Origin: a bacterium
GTDB taxonomy: Bacteria; UBA8248
Assembly: GCA_965213685.1 (NCBI GenBank)
Contig: CBDBZY010000018.1
Span: forward strand, 1 to 64,000
Length of the DNA stretch: 64,000 bases
Direction of reading: 5' to 3'
This document shows positions 17,601-29,600 of this stretch, in pieces. The notes under the pieces were generated by a model. The model searched no databases, had not been told where the DNA came from, and saw only the letters and a program-made list of their open reading frames with translations. Numbering within the stretch: position 1 is the first letter of the stretch; the number at the start of each line of letters is the position of its first letter. Both the position numbers and the translations under genes were made by a program.

Positions 17601-20600
17601 TTACCATGCCTGGCCAGGCTGTGTGGGTGTTTCCCAACTGTCTGTGATGGGGCACAGAGACCACCTCCACCCTAACTAACAGCTCCTCCTCAAGCAGCCA
17701 CTGCTAGAGAGGCAGCACTGCAGCACAGAAGAGACAGCCTAGCACCAAACATTACTAACTAGAGGAGTGATGCAGCCGAGGAGGGCCTTGGAAACAAGAG
17801 AGACATGTCTACAGCAGATGAGCTTATATCAGCTCCCACGACTGCTCCTGAGACTGCACTGGAGGGAGAAGCTCGGCTACAGTAAAGACACATTATATAT
17901 AATTGCTTAAAAATAGATTGGCCTCTGAGACAATAGACAGGAGAGAGGTCCAGCTATGTAGTCCAGTTAGAGGTGATAACAACTCCTCAGCATGAGAGAT
18001 TGCTCAGTGATAGTACTAGACAGAGGGAGCTGCAGAAAGTCACAGCTACAAGAAGCTCAGGTGCAGTAGAGAAACGGATTGCTTTGAGGCTGTTACTTAA
18101 TGGCCTTTGAGAGAGTAGAGACAGTAGAGAATGGAGAGGTCCAGCTGTACAGTCCAGTTAGAGTTAAGAGCAACTCCTCAGCATGAGATATATCTCACTG
18201 ACAGTACCAGACAGAGGGAGTTGCAGAAAGACATAAACTACAGTGCATGTGTACATGTACATAAGGGTTAACTCAAAGTTTGCCATTCATATGGAGGGCA
18301 CACTCCCACTAGAGGGTCTGAAAGAATGCCACTGAGTAAATTATTGAAGTACAGACACTCTCAGATGGATTCTGACGTATTCTGCAAGTAGTCATAGCCA
18401 TTCCCATTATTTTGTTGGGGAGGGGGAGGGATGAAGTTGCTTTCTTGTGGGAGGGGGTGATATTCTAGGCCTTTTCCTCCCCCTGCATGAACCCCTGCTG
18501 ATTTTGCAACACAACTGTACCCCATACACATGGCCACATGTACAATCATGCATACCTTACTGCACCTAATGATATCCTAAAATTTGAGGTACATAGGAGA
18601 GTGCAAAGAAAAGGTATAACTGATCTGCAGCACACACTGTAAAAATGGGGTGTTATCAGAGCACCAGGGTGTCAAATTTCTGTGTGTTATGCAGACACCT
18701 AAGTGTTCCCACAACACTCCAATGTCAAGATAACACCAATGGGGTGCTAATGGAGCACCCCTTGTGCTGTCTCAGCACCTTGATTTCAGGTATCAAAGCT
18801 AGGAGTGCTTTTGCAACACCCTGGTGGTTACAGCAACACTGTGACACTCATACCTGGGGTGTTACCTTAACATGCCAGGTGTCCAGGCATGTAGCACCTG
18901 TGGTCATCTTAGCACCCACAAGGGGGTCACAGCCAATTTTGATGTCTACGGTACCATATGTAACCTATACGTATGTGAACATCATGCAATAATAACTACA
19001 CAATGGTCATTGAAAGTGATGTCTCATGATTATAACAATTGTAATAATAATAATTATTATATTCACATAATGTATATAATACTGTGGATTTGTTTAAATG
19101 TATAGAAAAGAAAGAGGAAAGTTTACACCACAGGAAACCTACCAACATCCCATCAAAGAGGAGTGAGAAAGTAAATGTGAATGCAACACCAATGAGAGCT
19201 CGATTTGTTCACAATAAAGTCGAGAGCTGCCCATCAAAAGATGTGCTATCTTGACAGCTATAATTGAAGATATTTTTAGTGTCATGGAGCATGCATATGA
19301 GAGTATTAAGAACAAAGATTGGAATGAGCAAATCCAGGTAGCTAAATTACGGATGAAAATAGCCTGTACAAATGAGAGAAAAGTCACAAGAAAGGAGAAA
19401 GGACAATAAGCCATACAAATGCATTTTACACTCACATTCCACAGGTTGAGGAAGTGAGATCATTAGTCTGGCATCAGTTATGGGTCACAGTGTGGAGCAG
19501 AGATTTGTACTCTATCACTTTACCTTCTGCCTTCTTTGTATATTAAATATTTCATGTTAGTGTTGACCTATATGTGTTTTCTGAAACTTACAAATGTAGC
19601 TGATAGTATTAGTGTAAATACACATAATTAATAACAAAAATTAATACAGTCCATGGAAACAACCAGAATATAATTCACTCTAAGGTAAGGTCATCAGCCA
19701 CAAGGCCCAACATATCAGACAAACAGCCACACAGCCACCAAAGCCCAACATATCAGACTGAGAGCCACACGGCCGCCAAAGCCCAACCTATCAGACTGAC
19801 AGGCACACGGCTGCCAAAGCCCAACATATCAGACTGACAGCCTCACGGCCGCCAAAGCCCAACATATCAGACTGACAACCACACGGCCACCAAAGCCCAA
19901 CGTACCAGACTGATAGCCACACGGCCACCAAAGCCCAACATATCAGACTGACAGCCACATGGCCACCAAAGCCCAACATATCAGACTGACAGCCACACGG
20001 CCACCAATGCCGAACATATCAGACTGACAGCCACATGGCCACCAAAGCCCAACATGTGAGACTGACAGCAGCACAGCCAAACATACAATGTACAATGTAT
20101 CCAACCGTCAACACACAGCCACACTGCCACAACTCTAACATATCAGACTGACAGTAACAAAGGCAAACATATCAGACAGACAGTCACACTGCCACAAAGT
20201 CCAACACATCAGACTGACAACCGTACAGTCACATATGTGGCGGACGGGTACAAACTTAGACAACATAAATCAGCATGCCTTTTATACGAAGAGATTAGGC
20301 TACGCAGGGGTAAAGACTAGCGTTTAGTAATAAACTCACTGGTCTCCTCCAGCAATCGCCACACATGTCTAGGTTTGCCGCTACTTGTCTTAGGACTCCT
20401 TTTCCATCCCACGTCCCAAGGACAGTCAGGACATCCCAGGGTAGCCCTGTCTGTCCCATTGAGGGCCCAAATCACACTGTCCTTCCCATCCCACGTCCCA
20501 AGGACACTCAGGGCATCCCAGAGTAGTCCTGTCTGTCCCATTGAGGGCCCAAATCACACTGTACTTCCCATCCCATGTCCCAAGGACAGTCAGGACATCC

Positions 20601-23600
20601 CAGAGTAGTCCTGTCTGTCCCACAGAGGGCCCAAATCACACTGTACTTCCCATCCCATGTCCCAAGGACAGTCAGGACATCCCAGAGTAGTCCTCTCTGT
20701 CCCATTGAGGGCCCAAATCACACTGTCCTTCCCATCCCATGTCCCAAGGACACCCAGGACATCCTAAATTGTCATGTCTCTCCACATATGAACCCAAAAT
20801 CACTCTGGCGTCTCATCCCATGTCCTGAGGACTGTCAGAGTGCAGTCCTGTCTGTCACACTGATGGCATAAAATTAATAGCACTGTTCTTTTCACCCCGA
20901 TCCCAGGGAAGTTGGGGCATCCCATGATAATCTTATTTGTTATAGTGGGTGGCATTTGGCACTTTATCCCAAACATTTTATTTGTCCTTTTGGGTGATAC
21001 TATGCATATAGCATCCTTGAAGACAATAATTTAGTTGTAGCACATTTGAAAAAGAATCATCACTTCATACTATATGAGATAAGGTACATGCATTTTGGCT
21101 ACTAAATGCTATGAATCCTTGATGTTGAGGAATAATGAATGGTATGGGAATAATGAATGCTTGATATCTGGGAATAATAGTTATCTGGGAATAATAAATG
21201 CTTGATATCTGGGAATAATGAATGAACCATAACCTGATCAGTGGATAAATGAAAAGATGCATGTGATTAAGATTAGTTTTTGGATGGTGAAGCCCTTTCT
21301 GGACTGAACTTTCTTGGAGACTTTCGCACAGGAGGTTCATAGTCCAGCATGCACTTTTTTTCCTTTCACTCCACTAAAGAACAGAGATACCTATTGTAAA
21401 GCACACAGACTTATGAACACATCAAAGAGTAGAGGCATGTGGCTTTCACTCTACCTGCACACGAGGTTAATTACAATGTTCTTATAATATTATTGTTAGG
21501 CAACAGCACAAGATCACCTCTCTGTATAGACTAAGAGTCAGTATTAAATGATACAGAGAGGGAAAATGGTGGCTGCTACATTGTGGTAACTGATGTTGGT
21601 ACATGTAGGTATGAGGTGGAAATCTTCATGCATGCATTCGCTATGACCTCACCCTTTGATTTCAGGTTGCTCAAGCTGTTGTGAATACTGGAGCAAGGAC
21701 ACTTTGTATTTCATCAATGCTTTAGCTAGTGAGCCTCGTTCCTCATCAGTCTCTGGTATGCTGGTTTTTACAAACCTGTAGTGCTATCAGAGGTGTGACA
21801 TTCACATATGTGTGAATGAAACCTAGAGTGCCTTTAAAACATGCGCCCCTATAATATCCACATTAAAATATACCGGATTTTCTCCTTCCAACTTTCCTTG
21901 CCCATCACTCTGCAGCTTCCAGAATGCTGTCAAGGTACCTTCTTTGTTCCCTCTATTTCGGAACTTCTTTGCCAGCAGAAGGCTTGGCAAATGAAGTTCA
22001 CGCCCAGGCAAGGTAAGGCAAAATGCCTCAATACTAGCTGGGGCTTTCACAGATGGTCTGTTTTCCTGCACAGTACAGTAGAATACCATAAACAAAAGTT
22101 ATAATTATTACTTTGTGGTGAGCCATTCACAGTACACAAATGTAGTGCTTGGTGACAAAATGAACCAGTTACAATGTAGGTTTAGCTAGGGTAACTTTCA
22201 CAGGCACAATTATACATGCATGCCTATGTACATCTGTTCATACATCCCTAAACCCACATAAAATATATATGCACCTGCTTCGATCAGTTTTATTTCCTTT
22301 TCAATCTCACCACGACCTGCAATGTATGCTGTCTGTTGACAACAGACCTCTACAAAGTCAATGGCTGCTATTACAGCCTGTTCCGAGATAACATCTGGGA
22401 GTGACTCTTGTGATGTATCAGACAGTAAGTGGAAGAGGACGTGAAGAGATGCTGCAACTCGTAATGTCTGCCCTAAAGACTTGCTCAACATACCTATAAG
22501 GAGTGATAGTCATTGTACATGAAAATTTGAGAAGTTAATGTAGCCATACCAGCCAGAAGATCATCTAAGGCAGCCAAGGTTTCCAACTGCTCTTGAACAC
22601 TATCATACTTAGTTGTGAAAGCATCCAGTCTTGATGGTACATGGAAAATCCATTCATTCAGGCCTCCATCTCGTGGTTTTTACCTCCACAGTGAAGCAAT
22701 GCTCACTGCAACAGTGCACATAACACAACAAAGTAATAGTGCCCTATCTACATTGTTCATAATCAAAAACGTTTAGGGAGTCTAACATTACCATGCAAAA
22801 GTGCAGGCAATGCTATTCTTCAATCATGTATGGGAGTGGTCTTTGCCACAGTGTTCAGTGCATGATACTACCAAGGATTCAACAGTAATGACATACATGT
22901 AGAAGCATAAAAGTACCCAGTAACATGTTAAAATTTTGCATTTGTACTGTTATTTTTACACGTACCTATTTTGTCACTAAAGTCTTTCCTAATTGGCTCC
23001 AATGAGTCAAATTTGCCATACAAAGGTTTTGAGAATATCCACAAAAACCGCTGCGAGAGGCCTTTCTCTGCGTTACCAGGCATTTCAATGAGAGCACGTG
23101 CAAATGACGGCTGGTTGAATCCTCCAACTGTAAGACTAGTTTTCGCATTGAAAAGTTAGCATCTCCAGTTACTGCATAGATACATACATGTGTATGTATT
23201 TACAAAAGCTAAATTATTAGTACTTGGATTAAAACATACCCGTGCTCCTTGACTATGGATTAGCATTGTATAGTTCTAAAAACATAGCTAATTCATGGGA
23301 ATCGGAAATTCCTCTTCCTCGGAAAATGTTCAGCTTTCCAAGAAAAGATGACAATTCATCGTACATCCCGAGCAGGCAACCCCCATTAGCAGCCATTAGT
23401 GCCTCCATCTTTTCAAAGGATGCATCCTGCAATAGCCACACACTCTCATTTATCAAAAGATGTGGGATTGATCAAACACAGCACCTGAGAATGTACATAG
23501 TATCATCTCCATTTTCAGGCTATCCTATCACACATAGAAACTTAACCAGCACCAGCCTATGCCTACATTACATATACTTCATCTCCCCTAAGAATTAGGA

Positions 23601-26600
23601 GGCCTACTGGTCAGCCCAAGAGTTGCATACTTCTGTATGTGATACCCTGGAGAGCTTGGCAATGGGGGCTAATATATGTAATACCTCTGCAATCAATCCG
23701 TGTCTTAGCAGTCCTGATGAGGTTGAGCAGGTACTAATGCATTGTGGACTTACGACTCCCTGTTTGCATACATATCATAAGCCAAATGAATGCTGGCTCT
23801 GCCCAGTCAGTGGAAGGTACACGCACGACTGCAGGTGACAGTACAAAGCTTGTGAGGATAAGCAGCCCTCCTAGTACAGCAGCAGCAGGTACACTAATGG
23901 CTTTAGCAACTTGATGACATCCCTAATAAATTATAGCATACAACTTATACTTTGAGTTGGAAACACATAGAGATATATATATATAACTACCAGAATGGGT
24001 ACTATGACATTAAGAAGAAATATCACACAGCAGAGGGTCCTACACCTGAAGTATCAAGGTTTGTTAGTGAAACACGATTTTACACTCCCCAAGCACATCG
24101 CAAGCAATAGTTGTTAGTACTTTACTTTTAGTGGCTCATGCACTGAATATGGGGAATGGTATTTACAATGTACGTACATACCTCCAGGTGTATGTATACA
24201 TTACAGGAGTCTACAGGCTAACATACAACTGTAGGTGTAAATCATATTCGGGCCAAGTGCACATGCTAATTTGATCTATTGTACATGTACATGCACCTTG
24301 CTCAGAGTGTAAATAAAAATATGATGCAATTTCACAATTCACAGGGAGCTGTTAGAGCGAATGAAGATGGATCGTTGAAGGCTAGAATCAGCACACTTGC
24401 GGTTTGCTGCATTAAAAGTGTGTTCAAAGTATGGTGCTGTAAGATCCCTGTCTGCCAACACAGTACACGCCGATATTCAACAAACACTAGCTAAAATCAC
24501 TCCCATGTTTTTCACTGTCTTTAGATCTACTTATGCAGGTATGTACATGTATGATAGCATAACATGAGCATGCAATTGTACTTGTGAAAGTATATACAGC
24601 AGATAGATGCATGCTGGCAGAATTAACAGGGTATGTATAAGTATGTATAATTCTTCACCAGTCTCTTTAACTATTACTGTCACATAATGTTTACAGAACA
24701 TTGCTGTACATATCCTGGATGCGGAACAGTGCTAGTGCTGGATGGCAATCTCAATAACCAGTGGGAAGTATGCATGGCAAAAGATGCTGGCTTCACTGAG
24801 TTTGCTGGGTCTACCAGGGTCGATAAGAACAGGGTGTCCACGTACTCCTGCCTTTAAATGTCGGTATTGTACAGAGCACATGAACCAAGCATGTACATCT
24901 CAACCAGAATGTGGAAGTGCTGAAAGTAGTGAAGGAGAGTCTATAATTGAGGTTATTCTTGCCAAAAAGGTTACACGTAGTGAGACATACTATCAGGTAC
25001 GTCGCACTAACTGAAGTAATTCCTGTTACTGCCCCCCTATGATTCCATTCATTGCTTCCTATATTCTTTTAAGGTTTTGTGGCTTGGTCAACCTCAGTTG
25101 AAGACAACTTGGCTTGGTGCATCATCACTTCCTGCTACTGCCATTGAAGAGTATGAGAATGGTGTATCCACAGAAGCAATAACGACTACAGGTCATTCGT
25201 ATGGTCAGGTGTCTAGTACACTATCTGTTACAAAACGAAGCAAGACAGGACCTGATTCAAAATGTGCAAAGACAGTCCGACCAGTAGTTGCAATAGCTGA
25301 GGGGTAAGCACTTCATGTTTATCATAGTTTGTTCCCAAACTATTTGTGGATGCCTACAAATGAATGAATTGACATATCCATGTTACTTCTCTGTCATAAT
25401 AGAACAAGTATTATTTCAGGGTGCAAGTAGCTGATATATTTACTACTCGGGGTTTTCAAGGAAACACAAGAAGAACACAGTGTAAAGCCTAAATGCGGAA
25501 CAGAAAAAGACAAGGGCATAAGACTGAATGCACGAACTGCTGGTATGAAAGCAAAATGCACAACTCTACCTCTCTTATAAATACATTCTACCTTAAACCC
25601 TGAGAAACCTTGGCAGAGACACTGTTGTTAGTAACTGTTATGGTTGCCAGGCAATGGCACGATACCAGTGTACACAGCTGAGCAATCCATGTATCCCACA
25701 TTCCCTTTGGTTACATCAGTTCTACAAACTATTACACAACTACTAGTAACAGTTTCCACAAATGACTAGATGTTAATTATAACATTCCCATTTTTGTTAA
25801 ACCTGGTCTGGCCAAATATCTACCCTCTGTCCTCCAACATTGTGCACTTTTAGGTATCAGGGCATGTATGCAACTCAAAAGGGGTGTCTATAAGTATGAC
25901 AGAAATTTGCATATATAGTACCTATTCTACAATAAGTGTTATACGTATGTATGCTTACGTTCTTCTTTAAGCACAAACTTACCCTTCCATGTGCTATATA
26001 TTTGTATTATATATCTGCCACCAATCTCAGGCATCCTCGCTGCAATGTGGTCATGTGGAATCATTATGCATGTTTCAGAGCTATTCACCGCTGAATCAAA
26101 ATCTCAGGTTTATGGACAGCTACATGACCTGCTACAAACAGAAAGTGCCATTGCAACTACTTTAAAGTGCGTTCATACATGTACATGTGGATCAAAATTC
26201 ATTATAAAAATATTCATCACACTCTTTTCCTTCTTTTGTACATGGACATGGAGAATTTGTCTGTATGATGACGGATGTCACCTTAGAAAGTTTGCCCAAA
26301 ATCCCTGCAGAAAAGATGCTACTCCTACAGCAACAGTTATTTCAGGGTTAAACATTGTAGTAGATAAACTTCACATGAAAGGTCATGTAGACCCTTGGTG
26401 CAAAGCAAACTCTGATGCCAAAAGTTTCACAGACCTTGACAATGTAAGGTGGAAGGTTAATAAGATTCAAGATTGAATTCACTCTTATACTCTCTTCTCC
26501 ACATTTTAACGCAGGTGAACACAGAAATTTGCGAGCAGACATTTTCATGGCTGTCAAGATACAGTAAAATCACAAGAAAGATGTCACGTCACACCTTCTT

Positions 26601-29600
26601 TTCTTCGTGCTCTATTTATGTGACCTCCATAACCAATGAGAAATTCGCAAGCTCAAAAATAGCTCATTAATGTGACAATGTTTTCTGAATATTGTGATTT
26701 TCTCACTGTCTCTTAAAGTACATTTACATAGATGACTCAATACACATACATTTTATAAAATGTCCATTAAATGCATTGGTTTGGTGGGATGAACAACAAT
26801 GTCTTGACTGGCCTTGGGACTCCAGAAAAGTGTCACTGAGTTGGACAGATGGGACTATCTTGGGGTGTCCCAAATTGTCCTGAGGACACAGAAAGTGGGA
26901 TCAGTGGGATTATCCTGGGATGTCCCAATTGTCCCAATTGGGACACAGGATGGGAGGGACAGTGGGATTTGGGCCACCCAGTGGGACAAGTGGGATTGTC
27001 CCGAGATGTCCCAATTGTCCTTGGGACACAGGATGAGAAGGACAATGGGATTTGGGCCACCCAGTGGGACAAGTGGGATTGTCTCGAGATGTCCCAATTG
27101 TCCTTGGGACACAGGATGGGAAGGACAGTGGGATTTAGGCTACCCAGTGGGATGAATGGGATTATCCTGGGATGTACCAATTGTCCAAATTGTGCCAATT
27201 GGGACACAGGATGGGAAGGACAGTGGGATTTGGATGACCCAGTGGGACAAATGGGATTATCCTGGGATGTCCCAATTGTCCTTGGGACACAGGATGGGAA
27301 GGATAGTGGGATTTAGGCTACCCAGTGGGACGAATGGAATTATCCTGGGATGTCCCAATTGGGACACAGGATGGGAAGGACAGTGGGATTTGGGCCACCC
27401 AGTGGGACAAATGGGATTATCCTGGGATGTCCCAATTGTCCTTGGGACACAGGATGGGAAGGACAGTGGGATATGGGCCACCCAGTGGGACAAATGGGAT
27501 TATCCTGGGATGTCCCAATTGTCCTTGGGACACAGGATGGGAAGGACAGTGGGATTTGGACCACCCAGTGAGACAAATGGGATTATCCTGGGATGTCCCA
27601 ATTGTCCTTGGGACACAGGATGGGAAGAACAGTGGGATTTGGGCCACCCAGTGGGACAAGTGGGATTGTCTCGAGATGTCCCAATTGTCCTTGCGAAAAA
27701 GGATGGGTAGGACAGTGGGATTTGGGCCACCCAGTGGGACAAGTGGGATTGTCTCAAGATGTCCCAATTGTCCTTGGGACACAGGATGGGAAGGACAGTG
27801 GGATTTGGGCCACCCAGTGGGACAAGTGGGATTGTCTTGAGATGTCCCAATTGTCCTTGGGACACAAGATAGGCCACTCAGTGGGACAGATGGGACTCTT
27901 TTAGGATGTCCCACTTGCTCTTTACATTTTGGAGTCATTAGAAAGAATGACAATAGGCTCAATTCTTGTGCCATTATTATAGCAAGAACAGGATGGTCTC
28001 AGGATATCCTAGGCAGTCCAAAAAATGGGACATGCAAAGAATCCTAGGACTAGTGGTGGCAAACCGGGACAACACTGGCAATCGCAGAGTGATGCATGTA
28101 GAAACAGCCCCTCATGGCTCCCAACACATCATGCACTTTCTGTGTCAAGGTCAACTGCCACTTGGCCGTCGCGCCCGGCCGAGTGCATGCCCAAAACGAC
28201 GTGCGCCTGCGCACAAAAAAAAGCGCGGTGCATTCGAACGTGAGCAGATACTTCAGCCATGATTTCTTCAAAGCGCATGTTCCCATCATATTTAGAGGGC
28301 AGTGAAAATCACGGATTGATGGCAGAGTTACCATGAAGTTCAGTTAAAACCTCCCACGTGAAAACAATACCCGGCCTGAGATCGGTGCTACTGAGATCAG
28401 TGGAAGATAAACAAGGCAAGATTGTACTTTTATCTCTCATTGTGCGTGCTTCGGTGAGCTCTGGGCAAGCATGAACTTTCGTAAGCCATATATTCGTTTT
28501 TGTGTTCGAAGTATGTCCCTTGTCATGTTTTATAGAGCACTCCTATCACCTCAAACTAGCGCTATTAAACACGAGCTGTGTAACCCTACCCCTCCCCAGA
28601 AGACCTGCCTGTCAACTACCTCAACTGGCACGAAGCTTTTTTGCATGAAGGTAAGGGGGAAAGCGCCATATATTGTGAACAAACATGTACACTTGCATGA
28701 CTCTCCTTCCCTCTCCAGATGTTGGCAATGAATTGGCCACATCCTGTCTTGTGGGTATCATGTATGGTGTGACAACTCAGGAAGCACTCTAAGTCTTCCC
28801 ATTTATGTGTTTTCCTTAGTGAGTAATGATGAAGTGATATCTAGTTTTTGAATGCAAGAACTTGTCTTTTATAGAAGTGTAGAAGTGAAGAAGAATTGAA
28901 GCCTATAACTGTACTGTGTGGTACATTACCTATAAGAACATCTAACACATTACCATGTAACTACCATGACTGGACTCTCAGGGAGGTATGCTTCTGTTAG
29001 AAGTCCCATAATACAAATGTGTGATATGTACTTTTTCATCCTTCATTGCAGAATTCATTGAAGAAGTTTTATACTTTAACCTGAGGAGCATCACTATTAT
29101 GGTAAGTGTTGAGGTAGTTAACCCTACAAAGCAACATCTTGCAGCCTATAGCTACTTGCATGTATTATGTTGTATCTATTTTATGTCCACATATTTCAGA
29201 CCATATATATCAGTTCATCCATGAAGTTAACATAGGTAAGTATTTAGATGCCCTCTTACAAAAGTATAACTAAAAAGAGATGGTTATTTCAACCTTGCTA
29301 AGGTTATCTCAGTTGCAACTGAATGACATCATGTCACCCCCACACTCACCCTCCACACTGAGTTATCCTATACTCTTGAGACTGAAGGCATGTGGGCAAA
29401 GTGTAGAGTGTCTCCAATAATACATGAGTAATTGTACAGTTAAAAAGAATTTGTTGGTTTGACAATGATGTTTGTTATGTGGGGTTTGTTGTGTCAAGGC
29501 CTGGCTTTCATCCACCATAAGCACCTTTTGAGCAGTCAAACCTGTATTCTGGAATGTTATTGACAACATACAGGAAACTTCTACCTATGCTTCAGGCTGC

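Larger units (their letters stand above)
20360..28077. mobile_element. KDZ/Zisupton-like DNA transposon with DUF3987-like second gene
   Basis: Exact 8-bp TSD GCAATCGC (20352-20359 and 28078-28085); CA...TG ends; imperfect TIR tgtctaggtttgccgctacttgtcttaggact / aatcctaggactagtggtggcaaaccgggaca; KDZ transposase motifs inside. Confidence 0.82.

Noticed and set aside
19695-20225. CRISPR-like 38-bp periodicity
   Set aside because: Head-to-tail units with no unique spacers, no cas genes, eukaryotic context
26814-27974. Long overlapping ORFs / CRISPR-like array
   Set aside because: Products of the 83-bp tandem array; no spacers
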